A DNA stretch of 49,006 nucleotides from Actinomycetota bacterium (lineage in GTDB: Bacteria; Actinomycetota; Actinomycetes; Mycobacteriales; Micromonosporaceae): the NCBI GenBank assembly GCA_046727455.1, contig JBKPCQ010000219.1, positions 1 to 49,006 of the forward strand, given 5' to 3'. This document shows positions 7,704-17,408 of the stretch, piece after piece (position 1 is the stretch's first letter; each line of letters starts with the position of its first letter). Position numbers and translations under genes: made by a program. Below the pieces are notes generated by a model. That model was not told the origin of the DNA and ran no database searches. It saw nothing but the letters and a program-made list of their open reading frames with translations.

Positions 7704-9578
7704 TCACACCGTTACGGCGGTGCGGCGCAACCACTCCTCGGTCACCACGAGACTGAAGATGATCTTGTGGTGGTCGCGGCGCCCGGCACGGTGGTCGTCC
7801 ACCATCTGCTGCACCCGCTCCCGGCGCATCAGCCGGTAGATCAGGGCGTCGTCGGCGAGGAGCGTGTCGGACACCTTGCCGGACAACGAGTCCCGGTACC
7901 ACCGGTCGACGACGTCGCGGGCGAACGCGCGCTTGGGACGGCGGACGATCTCGGCGGGCAGGTAGTCCCGGCACAGGCGCTTGTGCAGCCACTTGCGCGC
8001 GCCGTGCCGGACCTTCAACGACGCGGGCAGCCGGCCGACGTACTCGATGATGTCGTGGTCGAGGTAGGGCACCCGCAGTTCGAGCGAGTGGCACATGGAC
8101 AACTTGTCGCCGGCCAGCAGCAGCTCGTCGGGCAGGGAGTGGTTCACCTCAAGGTACTGGAACGCGGCCAGCTCGTCGTCGACGGCCATCCGGGGCACCG
8201 CATCGGCCCAGCAGTCGAGGATCACGTCGCCCGGGTTGTCGGGCAGGACCCCGTCGGCGAACAGGCCGTCCACCGTCGGGCCGGGCAGCAGCGAGAACAC
8301 CTGCTGGTACCGGCGCATGCGGTCGGCCACGTCGAGCGAGTTGAGACCCCGGCGGACGGTGTCGGCGCGAGGCAGCCGGTTCAGCGCGGCGCCGGCCGCG
8401 CCGCGGACCGGTCCGGGCAGCGCCCGCCATGCCTGGCCGTACCGGACCCCGAGATGCCGGGTGTACCCGCCGAACAGCTCGTCCGGCCCCTGCCCGATGA
8501 GCGCGCACTTGACGTCCTCGGCGACCCGGCCGCACAGGTTGTACAGGGCCACGATGGACGGCGTGGCGATCGGCTCCTCGATCGCGTCCACGACGGCGGA
8601 CAGGCCGGCCTCGAACCCGGCGCGGTCCAGCCGGATCTCGGTGTGCCGGGCACCGAACAGGCGCGCCGTGTGCGCGGCGTCGGCCAGCTCGTCGTTGGCG
8701 TACTCGGGGCCGTAGCCGACGGTGAAGGTTCGCCAGGCGCTGCCCTGCTTGTTCATCAGCGCGAGCAGGAGCGCGGAGTCGACCCCGCCGGACAGCAGGA
8801 GGCCGACCGGCACGTCGGACATGAGCTGCTTACGCACCGCCTCGGTGTACCGGGCGAGGACCTCCTCCTGGGCTTGCGCCGGGGTCGGCGCCGGGTCCAG
8901 CGGCGCCGGGTCGTAGTCCCAGTACCGCTCGACCGTCACCTTGCCGCCCTCGGCCACCAGCTTGGTGCCGGCGGCGAGCTTGCGCACGCCGTCGTAGATG
9001 GTCAGCGGCGAGGGCGTGTACCGGTACCGCAGGAACAGGTTGAGCGCCACCGGATCCAGCGCGGGCCGGGCGGCGACGCCGGCGTGGATGGCGCGAAGCT
9101 CGGAGCCGAACACCAGCTCGTCCGCGTCCACCCGGTAGTAGAGGAACTTCACCCCGGCCCGGTCGCGGGCCAGCATCAGCCGTTCCTTCCGGGCGTCCCA
9201 GACGGCGATGGAGTACATGCCGTTCAGCCGGCGCAGCACGTCGTCGCCCCATTGCCGGTACCCGTGGAGGACGACCTCGATGTCCACGTTGGTGGTGAAC
9301 TTGTGCCCGAGCCGCTCCAACTCCTGGCGCAGTTCGGGGAAGTTGTAGATCTCGCCGTTGACGATGACGGTGACCTGACCGTCGTCACTGGACATCGGCT
9401 GGTGACCGCCCGCGAGGTCGACGATCGCCAGGCGGCGGAACCCGAAGCCCACCGGACCGTCGGTGAAGAAGCCCTCGTCGTCCGGTCCCCGATGGGCGAT
9501 GGCGTCCGCCATCTTGCGCAGCCGGTCCACCTCGACCCGCCCGCCACGTAGCCTGAGTACCCCAGTTATCCCGCACAT
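7704..9578 (-). CDS. asnB: Asparagine synthase (glutamine-hydrolysing) family amidotransferase
   Basis: Track ORF, 624 aa. The MCGI N-terminus gives the Ntn Cys nucleophile, and SGGVDSALLLAL is a PP-loop. Confidence 0.9.
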   Translation of the reverse strand: MCGITGVLRLRGGRVEVDRLRKMADAIAHRGPDDEGFFTDGPVGFGFRRLAIVDLAGGHQPMSSDDGQVTVIVNGEIYNFPELRQELERLGHKFTTNVDIEVVLHGYRQWGDDVLRRLNGMYSIAVWDARKERLMLARDRAGVKFLYYRVDADELVFGSELRAIHAGVAARPALDPVALNLFLRYRYTPSPLTIYDGVRKLAAGTKLVAEGGKVTVERYWDYDPAPLDPAPTPAQAQEEVLARYTEAVRKQLMSDVPVGLLLSGGVDSALLLALMNKQGSAWRTFTVGYGPEYANDELADAAHTARLFGARHTEIRLDRAGFEAGLSAVVDAIEEPIATPSIVALYNLCGRVAEDVKCALIGQGPDELFGGYTRHLGVRYGQAWRALPGPVRGAAGAALNRLPRADTVRRGLNSLDVADRMRRYQQVFSLLPGPTVDGLFADGVLPDNPGDVILDCWADAVPRMAVDDELAAFQYLEVNHSLPDELLLAGDKLSMCHSLELRVPYLDHDIIEYVGRLPASLKVRHGARKWLHKRLCRDYLPAEIVRRPKRAFARDVVDRWYRDSLSGKVSDTLLADDALIYRLMRRERVQQMVDDHRAGRRDHHKIIFSLVVTEEWLRRTAVTV

Positions 9579-10472
9579 CTAAGCGGCTCCCACCGTGCGC
9601 CGGACCATGCCCTTGAGTCGTTGTCGTTGTTCGGTGCGGAGGAACTCGACCGCCTCGGCGTCCAGCGCCGGCGCGACCCCGCGCGCGGCGGCGTACACGT
9701 AGCCGGCGAGCATCGCCATGCCGGACAGCACGTAGGGCGGCTGGACCACGGCCCGGTACGCGCTCACCGCCATATGGAACAACGGATGGTACCCGAGCGA
9801 GCGGCTCACCACGCCCCGGGTGAACCAGGCCGCTACCGGACCCTTGTTGCGCGACAGCACCCGGCCCTGGTGGCGGACCTTGAGCTGGAACAGCGTCGCC
9901 GACTCCCAGCCGTGCATCCGGGCCAGGATCTCGGCGGCCGAGTCCTCGCCGCCCAGGCGCATCGGCCGCAGCCCGCCGATGTCCTCGAACGCCTGCCGGC
10001 GGAAGAGCTGTACCGCGCCGGGGACGCTGTTGGCACTGATCCGCTGCGGTACCTGCCGGCCGTCGAACTCCTCGATCACGTGCCCGCCCGCGACCCCGAG
10101 GCGCGGCCGTTCGGCGAATGCCTCCAGCACCTGGCGGTAATAGTCGGGCTCGACGGAGATATCCGCGTCGAGGTTGCCGATGAACTCGTACTCGGCCCCG
10201 TTGAGCCGCCCCAGCCCGGCCCGGAAGGCGTTCACCTTGGAGGCGAAGTCGCCCGGGGTGCGGCTCGGGTCGCGGCGCACCAGCTCGATCCAGTCGGCGC
10301 CTGCCGCGTGCTCGCGGACGAGATCGGCGGTGGCGTCGGACGAGGCGTCGTCGACGATGACCCAGCGTGCCGGCGGTACCACCTGCGCTCGTACCGAGGC
10401 GATGGTCCTGGGGATCGTGGCCGCCGCGTCGCGGGCCGGGGTGACCAGTACGTATCGGGGCCAGTCCGTCAC
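9579..10472 (-). CDS. Glycosyltransferase family 2 (GT-A fold)
   Basis: Track ORF, 297 aa, GTG start. Motifs are VLVTPARDAAATI...VIVDDASSDAT and NLDADIS. Its TAG stop abuts the asnB ATG (TAGATG). Confidence 0.85.
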   Translation of the reverse strand: MTDWPRYVLVTPARDAAATIPRTIASVRAQVVPPARWVIVDDASSDATADLVREHAAGADWIELVRRDPSRTPGDFASKVNAFRAGLGRLNGAEYEFIGNLDADISVEPDYYRQVLEAFAERPRLGVAGGHVIEEFDGRQVPQRISANSVPGAVQLFRRQAFEDIGGLRPMRLGGEDSAAEILARMHGWESATLFQLKVRHQGRVLSRNKGPVAAWFTRGVVSRSLGYHPLFHMAVSAYRAVVQPPYVLSGMAMLAGYVYAAARGVAPALDAEAVEFLRTEQRQRLKGMVRRTVGAA

Positions 10473-10706
10473 GGGAATCCTTTACGACTCGGAGCCTTTT
10501 GGATTCTATGGGTAGCGGTCGCGGTCGAAGAACGGTCTCACAGTCGGAAGGTTGACCGTCCGAACGGCCCCCTGCGGCGGCGGCCGGCGAAGATGGACAG
10601 ATGCCGGATGTCGGCGTCTCCGGACGGACCAGTGGAACCTCACATTCCGCTGCGGTGTCTCGTCGAACTGGTGAGGGCAGATGCGACCAAGGGGGCCGGC
10701 GATACC

Positions 10707-11642
10707 ATGAGCACCCGATCCGAGGCAGGACACGGCCGGTCCGATCCGGGGCTCAGCGCGATCATGAGCGAACGGCGCCAGCTGATCAATCTCGGGTACC
10801 GGCTGCTGGGCTCGCTGGCCGATGCCGAGGACGTCGTGCAGGAGACCTATGCCCGCTGGTACGCCATGTCCCGGCAGCAGCAGGAGGCCATCACGTCCCC
10901 CGGCGCCTGGCTGACCACCGTCGCCAGCCGGATCTGCCTGGACCTGCTCGGCTCGGCGCGGGCCCGGCGGGAGCGTTACGTGGGCGAATGGATCCCCGAG
11001 CCGCTGCCCGAGCGTACCGAGTGGATCGGCGGGCGGCCGGGCGGCGCCATCGTCGACCCGGCCGACCGGGTCACCCTCGACGAGTCGGTCAACATGGCCT
11101 TCCTCGTCGTGCTCGAATCGATGACCCCGGCCGAGCGGGTCGCGTTCATCCTGCACGACGTCTTCGGCTACCCGTTCGCCGAGGTCGCCGAGATCGTCGG
11201 CCGTACCCCGGCGGCCTGCCGCCAGCTGGCCTCCTCGGCCCGCCGCCGCGTCCGCGCCGCACAGGTCCCCGCCGCGCCGACCGCCCAGCGCGCCGACATC
11301 ATCAGGGCCTTCAAGCAGGCCTGGGAAGCCAGGGACATCGACGCTCTCATCGGCCTGCTCGACCCCGACGCCACGGCGATCGCCGATGGCGGCGGCCTGG
11401 TCGCCGCCGAGCTGCGCCCGGTCCACGGCGCCGGGCAGATCGCGCGCGCCTGCCTCGATGTCGCCGGCCGGCTACCCGACATGACGATCCTGGAACGTAC
11501 CGTCAACGGCCAGCCCGGCCTGGTCACCCAGCAGGACGGCGTCACCGTGACGGTGATCGCCTTCGACGTCGCGGGCGACCGGATCACGCACATCTGGGCG
11601 GTACGCAACCCCGACAAGCTCCGCCCCTGGACGACGGGCTGA
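10707..11642 (+). CDS. ECF sigma factor, ECF41 (SigJ-like) with fused SnoaL-like C-terminal domain
   Basis: This is the 3' part of track ORF 9621..11642. The start is ATG 10707, with an alternative ATG at 10764. Sigma-2 region DAEDVVQETYARW, then WIPEP, ADGGG and NPDKL, which are the ECF41 hallmark motifs. Confidence 0.85.
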   Translation: MSTRSEAGHGRSDPGLSAIMSERRQLINLGYRLLGSLADAEDVVQETYARWYAMSRQQQEAITSPGAWLTTVASRICLDLLGSARARRERYVGEWIPEPLPERTEWIGGRPGGAIVDPADRVTLDESVNMAFLVVLESMTPAERVAFILHDVFGYPFAEVAEIVGRTPAACRQLASSARRRVRAAQVPAAPTAQRADIIRAFKQAWEARDIDALIGLLDPDATAIADGGGLVAAELRPVHGAGQIARACLDVAGRLPDMTILERTVNGQPGLVTQQDGVTVTVIAFDVAGDRITHIWAVRNPDKLRPWTTG

Positions 11643-11668
11643 CGGAGCGAGCGCGAGGGCCTGACGCC

Positions 11669-12499
11669 TCATCCGGTCCACACCTGCCCGATCGTGGTCG
11701 CGGCGCGGGTCGCCTGGGTGCGTCCGGCCCGCGCGGCACCGGCGCGCCGGGCGGGGTCGAGGACGTTGTGCCCGATGGCGCGCCGCGCGGCCCGGTCCGG
11801 GCTCACCACGGCGACCCGCCCGGCCAGCCCGGCGACCTGCCGGCCGACGCTCGGGACCGGGCCGAGCCCGCCGGTCACCGGCGCGACCACCACCACCCGC
11901 TCGTACCCGGCGGCGAGGTCGACGTTGGCCGCCGAACGTACCCCGCCGTCGATGTAACGCCGTCCGTTGATGGTGACCGGCGGCCAGACCCCGGGCACCG
12001 CACAGCTCGCGCCCACGGCATCGAGCAGCGCGATCCCGCTGTCCCGGTCGAACACCACGAACTCGCCCGACCCGGCGTCGACCGCGGTGATCAGCAAGCG
12101 CCGGTCCGGCCATTCCCGTACCGGCATCCGGCCGGCCAGGACGGCGCGCCGCTCGGCCTCCGGCACGGTTGGCGCGGCGAGGGCCATGGCGCCGATCCGG
12201 GCGCGGACCTTCCGGGCATCCCGGCTGCGGGCAGCCGCCCATGCCCACCGCACCAGCACGGGCATCCCGAGCCGGGCCGCGGCCGTCGGGTCCGGCTGGG
12301 CGAGCTGGGCCGCGTACAGCTCCTCGATGTCGAGCCCCGCGGCTACCTCGGCGCCGACGACGGAGCCGGCGGACGTGCCGACGACGAGGTCCGCGTCGCC
12401 GAGGTCGATCCCGGCCGTGGCCAACCCGGCCAGCATGCCGATCTCCCAGGCGACGCCGGTCACGCCGCCGCCGCCCAGAACCAGTGCCCGGCCGGCCAT
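11669..12499 (-). CDS. Patatin-like phospholipase
   Basis: Track ORF, 276 aa. Motifs are GGGGVTG (oxyanion GGGxxG), GTSAGS (GxSxG) and IDGGV (catalytic Asp motif). The ATG lies 1 nt after the lysS stop (TGAgATG). Confidence 0.85.
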   Translation of the reverse strand: MAGRALVLGGGGVTGVAWEIGMLAGLATAGIDLGDADLVVGTSAGSVVGAEVAAGLDIEELYAAQLAQPDPTAAARLGMPVLVRWAWAAARSRDARKVRARIGAMALAAPTVPEAERRAVLAGRMPVREWPDRRLLITAVDAGSGEFVVFDRDSGIALLDAVGASCAVPGVWPPVTINGRRYIDGGVRSAANVDLAAGYERVVVVAPVTGGLGPVPSVGRQVAGLAGRVAVVSPDRAARRAIGHNVLDPARRAGAARAGRTQATRAATTIGQVWTG

Positions 12500-12500
12500 C

Positions 12501-14201
12501 TCAGCCGCTGAGCAGCTTGCGGACCCGGTCGGCGCCGATCGCGAGGAGCAGCGTGGGCAGCCGGGGGCCGGTGTCGCGGCCGACCAGCAGCGTGTACAGC
12601 AGCGCGAAGAAGCGGCGCTGCACGGCCTTCAGCTCGGGCGTCGGCTTGACGTCCATGGGCAGCCCGAGCTGCCGCTTCGGTACCCCGTAGACGAGCGAGG
12701 TCAGGCCCTCCAGCGACCAGTGCGTGTCCAGGCCGTCGAGGAGCATGCGCAGCGCGTCCCGTTCGGTCGGGTCGAACGTGGCGAGCAGCGCGGTGTCCGG
12801 CTCGTCGCGGACCTGGGTGCGCTGCTCGGCCGGTACCCGCGTGGCGATCCACCGCGCGGCCTTGTCCAGCCGGGGCCGCACCTCGTCGAGCGAGCGGACC
12901 GGGTCCTCGGGGTCCAGGTCGCGCAGAATCCGCAGGACCTGCTCCTCGTGGCCGGTGGTGATGTCCGCGATGGAGGCGAGCGTGCGGTACGGCAGCGGCC
13001 GCGGCGTGGCGGGCAGGGGGCCGGACGCGGTGCGGACGGCGCGGTCGTACGCGGCGGCGTCGGCCGGCGGGGCGGTACCGTCGGCGACCCGGCGGGCCAG
13101 GGCATCCCACTCGTCGTAGGTCCGCTGGATCTCGTGGTCGAATGCGATCTTGAACGCCTGGTTCGGCCGGCGCCGGGCGTACAGCCAGCGCAGCACCGGG
13201 GCCTCCATGATCTCCAGCGCGTCGGCGGGGGTCGGCACCCCACCCCGGGAGCTGCTCATCTTGGCCATGCCGGTGATGCCGACGAACGCGTACATCGGCC
13301 CGATCGGCGGCTCCGCGTCGAAGACCGCGCGGATGATCTGGCCGCCGACGACGTACGAGGAGCCGGGCGAGGTGTGGTCCACGCCGGAGGGCTCGAAGAC
13401 CACGCCCTCGTACGCCCAGCGCATCGGCCAGTCGACCTTCCACACCAGCTTGCCGCGGTTGTGCTCGGCCAGCCGGACGGTCTCGGTGTGCCCGCAGGCG
13501 CAGGTATAGGTCAGCTCGGTGGTCGCGTCGTCGTAGCTCCGCACCGTCGTCAGGTCGCGCTCGCAGACCGAGCAGTAGGGCTTGTACGGGAAGTACCCGG
13601 TGGCGGCCGCCCCGTCGTCCTCGGTCGCCGCGCCCGACCCCTCGACGGCCGCCGCCTCGTCGGCGTCGAGATCGGCGGTCGCGACCGCCCGCCCCTTGGT
13701 GCGGTACCGGTCGAGGATCGCGTCGATCCGCTCCCGCTCGCGCATGGCGAGCAGGATCTGGTCCCGGTACGCCCCGGAGGTGTAGCGCTCGGTCTGGCTG
13801 ATGCCCTCGTACTCCACGCCCAGTTCGGCGAGGGCGGCGGCCATCGGCGCCTTGAAGTGCTCGGCCCAGTTCGGGTACCGGCTGCCGGGCGGCGCCGGTA
13901 CGGACGTCAGCGGCTTGCCGACGTGCGCGTTCCAGGCCGGGTCGATCCCGGCCGGCACCTTGCGGAACCGGTCGTAGTCGTCCCACGACAGCAGATGCAC
14001 GCATTCGTACCCGCGCCGGCGGATCTCGTCGGCGACCAGGTGCGGGGTCATCACCTCGCGCAGGTTGCCCAGGTGGATCGGGCCGGACGGGCTGAGCCCC
14101 GAGGCGCACACGACCGGCTTGCCCGGCGCCCGGCGGGACGCCTCGGCGATGACCTCGTCGGCGAATCGGGAGACCCAGTCGGGTTCGGTGCGCTGTGCCA
14201 C
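12501..14201 (-). CDS. lysS: Lysine--tRNA ligase, class I
   Basis: Track ORF 12501..14573, but the first about 120 codons are intergenic sequence, so GTG 14201 (VAQRTEPDW) is taken as the start. PSGPIHLGNLREV (HIGH-type) and MAKMSSSRG (KMSKS-type) occur in the class I LysRS layout. Confidence 0.85.
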   Translation of the reverse strand: MAQRTEPDWVSRFADEVIAEASRRAPGKPVVCASGLSPSGPIHLGNLREVMTPHLVADEIRRRGYECVHLLSWDDYDRFRKVPAGIDPAWNAHVGKPLTSVPAPPGSRYPNWAEHFKAPMAAALAELGVEYEGISQTERYTSGAYRDQILLAMRERERIDAILDRYRTKGRAVATADLDADEAAAVEGSGAATEDDGAAATGYFPYKPYCSVCERDLTTVRSYDDATTELTYTCACGHTETVRLAEHNRGKLVWKVDWPMRWAYEGVVFEPSGVDHTSPGSSYVVGGQIIRAVFDAEPPIGPMYAFVGITGMAKMSSSRGGVPTPADALEIMEAPVLRWLYARRRPNQAFKIAFDHEIQRTYDEWDALARRVADGTAPPADAAAYDRAVRTASGPLPATPRPLPYRTLASIADITTGHEEQVLRILRDLDPEDPVRSLDEVRPRLDKAARWIATRVPAEQRTQVRDEPDTALLATFDPTERDALRMLLDGLDTHWSLEGLTSLVYGVPKRQLGLPMDVKPTPELKAVQRRFFALLYTLLVGRDTGPRLPTLLLAIGADRVRKLLSG

Positions 14202-14315
14202 CCGACGATTGTTCCATCGAGCGCGGGTGAGTTTCGTAACCTCCCAGAGGCTCAACGTTTCGTGTCGAACCCGATACGATCGGTTAGCCGTTCCACAACA
14301 CCTGGGGAGGCTCTG

Positions 14316-15557
14316 GTGGATCGCCGTTCGTGGCTGCCTGAAGACCTGCGCGCCTACCACCGCGGCCTGCTGCTGCGGCTGTTGACCGAAGAAGGCCCGC
14401 TGACCCGCCGGGATCTGGCGCGGCACAGCGGGCTGAGCATCCCCACGGTCGCCTCGATCATCAGCCACCTGCTGGCGGCGGGAGAGGTCGGGGAGTCGGT
14501 ACCGGTGTCCGCCGGCGCCGTCGCGCCGCGCGGACCCCGCGCCGCCCTGGTCACCGTCGCCCGGCACGCCCACGTGGTGCTCGGTGTGGACCTGTGCGCC
14601 AACCGGATCCGGGCCGGCCTGTGCGACCTGTGCGGCGTCGTGTCAGAGGCGGTCTCGGTACCGGTTCCGGGCGGGCTGCCGCCGGCCGGGCTGCTCGACC
14701 TCGCGATCGAGGCGGCGCGACCGCTCGCCGATTCGGCCGGCGACCGGCTGATCGGTGTCGGCGTCGCGGTACCCGGCCCGGTCGACGAGGACGGCCGGCG
14801 CAGCCTGCTCGCCCTACCGCTCGGCTGGCACGACGTACCGGTGGCCGAGCGCTTCGAGGAGGCGCTCGGGGCTCCGGCTGTCGTCGAGTACAACGTCCGG
14901 GCGATGGCGCTGGCGGAGGCGCGGCACGGCCTCGGGGTACGCGCGGAGAACCTGCTCTACGTCCACCTCGGCGCCGGCCTCGGGGTCGCGTTCGTGGTCG
15001 ACGGGCGGCCCTTCCGGCAGGGCGCCCACGGGGTCTCCGAGCTGGGCCACCACCGGGTCGTCGAGCGCGGGCCGCGGTGCTCCTGCGGCGCCGTGGGCTG
15101 CCTGGAGGCCCTGCTGGGGGAGGCGTACCTGCGCCGGCGGATCCGCGAGGCGGCGGGGGAACGCCCGGCGCTGGCGGCGCTGGTCCGGCGCCGGATGCCG
15201 GTACTGGAGCTCCTGGACCGCGCCGTCCAGGACGGCGACCGGGCGGCCGGGGAGATCCTCGACGACGTCGTCACCCACCTCGGTACCGTGGTCGCGCTGA
15301 GCGTCGACCTGCTCAGCCCGGCCCGGGTGGCGCTCGGCGGCGAGCTGGCCTCGGCACCGAAGGAGGTGCTGGAGAGGCTCTGCGCCGCGATCCGTGGGAA
15401 GGTCAGCCAGGTGCTGCGGGACCAGGTGCGGATCGAGCGCTCGGCGGTCGGCCGGTACCCGGGGCTGATGGGCGCCGGTACCGTCGCGTTGGACCGGCTG
15501 TTCTACCGCGACCAGCCGCCGGTCCTGCCAGCCGGGACCGCCCGGCGGCGGCCCTGA
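14316..15557 (+). CDS. ROK family transcriptional regulator
   Basis: This is the 3' third of the composite track ORF 11967..15557. GTG 14316 is preceded by GGGGAGG (14304-14310). It has a winged HTH LTRRDLARHSGLSIPTVASIISHL and the ROK zinc motif CSCGAVGCLEA. Confidence 0.85.
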   Translation: MDRRSWLPEDLRAYHRGLLLRLLTEEGPLTRRDLARHSGLSIPTVASIISHLLAAGEVGESVPVSAGAVAPRGPRAALVTVARHAHVVLGVDLCANRIRAGLCDLCGVVSEAVSVPVPGGLPPAGLLDLAIEAARPLADSAGDRLIGVGVAVPGPVDEDGRRSLLALPLGWHDVPVAERFEEALGAPAVVEYNVRAMALAEARHGLGVRAENLLYVHLGAGLGVAFVVDGRPFRQGAHGVSELGHHRVVERGPRCSCGAVGCLEALLGEAYLRRRIREAAGERPALAALVRRRMPVLELLDRAVQDGDRAAGEILDDVVTHLGTVVALSVDLLSPARVALGGELASAPKEVLERLCAAIRGKVSQVLRDQVRIERSAVGRYPGLMGAGTVALDRLFYRDQPPVLPAGTARRRP

Positions 15558-15628
15558 GCCGCCTCCTCTCCATTCTTGGCCGCCGAAACATCTGGCGGCG
15601 GTACCGGCGCCGGTCGGAGGATGGCGGG

Positions 15629-17350
15629 ATGACGCCGACCGAGAGCTTCCGCGCGGCGCGCGACTTCCTGCTCCACACCCGGGAGGACTACGCCGCCGCG
15701 TACGCCGGGTTCCGCTGGCCCGAGCTGACCGAGTTCAACTGGGCGCTGGACTGGTTCGACATGATCGCGCGGGGCAACGACCAGCCCGCGCTGTGGATCG
15801 TCGAGGCGGACGGCTCGGAGGAGCGGCTGTCGTTCGCCGACCTGTCCCGGCGCTCCGACCAGGCGGCGAACTGGCTGCGCGCGGCCGGGGTAGGCCGGGG
15901 CGACCGGTTGGTCGTCATGCTCGGCAATCAGAAGGAGCTGTGGGAGACGCTGCTCGCGGTGATGAAGCTCGGCGCCGTGCTGATCCCGGCTACCCCGCTG
16001 CTCGGCCCGGCCGACCTGCGCGACCGGATCGAGCGGGGCGCCGCGCGGCACGTGGTGGTCGGCTCGGCCGACACGGGCAAGTTCGCCGAGGTACCGGGCG
16101 ACTACACGCGGATCGCGGTCGGGCCGCCGGTACCGGGCTGGCTCGACTACGCCTCCGCCTACGAAGCGGATGCGGGGTTCGTCCCCGACGCGCCGACGCG
16201 GGCGGACGAGACGCTTCTGCTGTACTTCACGTCCGGTACCACCGCCCGGCCGAAGCTGGTGGAGCACACCCACGCGTCGTACCCCGTTGGGCACCTGTCC
16301 ACCATGTACTGGATCGGCCTGCGCCCCGGCGACATCCACCTGAACATCTCCTCGCCCGGCTGGGCCAAGCACGCGTGGAGCAACGTCTTCGCCCCGTGGA
16401 ACGCACAGGCGTGCGTGTTCGTGTACAACTACGCCCGGTTCGACGCCGCCGCGCTGCTCGGCGTCATGGATCGCTGCGGGGTGACCAGCTTCTGTGCGCC
16501 GCCGACCGTGTGGCGGATGCTCGTCCAGGCCGACCTCGGGCTCCTCGCGACCCCGCCGCGTAACGTCGTCGGGGCCGGGGAGCCGCTGAACCCGGAGGTC
16601 ATCGAGCAGGTCGCCAAGGCGTGGGGGGTGACCATCCGGGACGGGTTCGGGCAGACCGAGACGACCGTGCAGGTGGCGAACACCCCGGGCCAGCCGGTCA
16701 AGCCGGGGTCGATGGGCCGCGCGGCGCCCGGGTACCGCGTCGTGCTGGTCGACCCGCTCACCGCCCGTCCGGCCCAAGTGCCGGCCCACGACGACGACGA
16801 GGGCGAGATCTGCCTGGACCTCAGCCCTCGCCCGCTGGGGCTCATGGTCGGGTACCACGGCGACCCGGAGCTGACCGCACAGGCGATGGCCGGCGGCTTC
16901 TACCACACCGGGGACATCGGGTCGCGCGACGCGGACGGGTACGTCACGTACGTGGGGCGTACCGACGACGTGTTCAAGGCGTCGGACTACCGGATCTCGC
17001 CGTTCGAGCTGGAGAGCGTGCTGATCGAGCACGAGGCGGTCGCCGAGGCGGCGGTGGTGCCGTCGCCCGACCCGGTCCGGCTCGCGGTGCCGAAGGCGTT
17101 CGTCGTGCTCGCCCCCGGATGGGAGCCGAGCGCCGAGACCGCGCGTGCCATTTTCGCGCACTGCCGGGCACACCTCGCGCCGTACCAGCGGATCCGGCGG
17201 CTGGAGTTCACCGAGCTGCCGAAGACGATCTCGGGCAAGATCCGGCGGGTCGACCTGCGGGCCGGCGAGCTGGAGCGGCCCGCTTCCGCCGGGGACCGGC
17301 CGCCGGGGGAGTACCGCGACGAGGACTTCCGCCCGTCGGCAACATATTGA
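15629..17350 (+). CDS. AMP-dependent acyl-CoA synthetase/ligase (medium-chain / aryl type)
   Basis: This is the 3' part of track ORF 14594..17350, starting at ATG 15629 (MTPTESF). Motifs are FTSGTTARPK, YHTGDIG, GRTDDVFK and ISGKIRR. Confidence 0.9.
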   Translation: MTPTESFRAARDFLLHTREDYAAAYAGFRWPELTEFNWALDWFDMIARGNDQPALWIVEADGSEERLSFADLSRRSDQAANWLRAAGVGRGDRLVVMLGNQKELWETLLAVMKLGAVLIPATPLLGPADLRDRIERGAARHVVVGSADTGKFAEVPGDYTRIAVGPPVPGWLDYASAYEADAGFVPDAPTRADETLLLYFTSGTTARPKLVEHTHASYPVGHLSTMYWIGLRPGDIHLNISSPGWAKHAWSNVFAPWNAQACVFVYNYARFDAAALLGVMDRCGVTSFCAPPTVWRMLVQADLGLLATPPRNVVGAGEPLNPEVIEQVAKAWGVTIRDGFGQTETTVQVANTPGQPVKPGSMGRAAPGYRVVLVDPLTARPAQVPAHDDDEGEICLDLSPRPLGLMVGYHGDPELTAQAMAGGFYHTGDIGSRDADGYVTYVGRTDDVFKASDYRISPFELESVLIEHEAVAEAAVVPSPDPVRLAVPKAFVVLAPGWEPSAETARAIFAHCRAHLAPYQRIRRLEFTELPKTISGKIRRVDLRAGELERPASAGDRPPGEYRDEDFRPSATY

Positions 17351-17408
17351 CGGAACTCGAACATTGCGTTGATCCTGGGGCATGGCCGGGTCGCACAGGG
17401 TGGGGCGC

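Noticed and set aside
7638-9551. A 637-aa + strand ORF
   Set aside because: It is antisense to asnB, which has clear Ntn and PP-loop motifs. The composition is Gly/Arg/Pro/Val-rich and it is a shadow ORF.
10536-10560. TCTCACA-N14-CGTC upstream of the ECF41 sigma gene as an ECF41-type promoter (TGTCACA-N16-CGTC)
   Set aside because: The spacer is 2 nt short and the -35 has a mismatch. ECF41 factors usually drive a neighbouring target gene rather than themselves. The evidence is too weak to call.
14261-14278. A tRNA-like T-arm (GGGTTCGAC on the minus strand) in the lysS / ROK intergenic region
   Set aside because: The flanking bases do not form a 5-bp T-stem with a 7-nt loop, and no acceptor, anticodon or D arms can be drawn. 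The region is only 114 nt long and is a divergent promoter.
11967-14315. The N-terminal two thirds of the 1196-aa + ORF 11967..15557
   Set aside because: It is antisense to the patatin and lysS genes and has low-complexity composition. The real ROK regulator starts at GTG 14316, behind a GGGGAGG ribosome-binding site.
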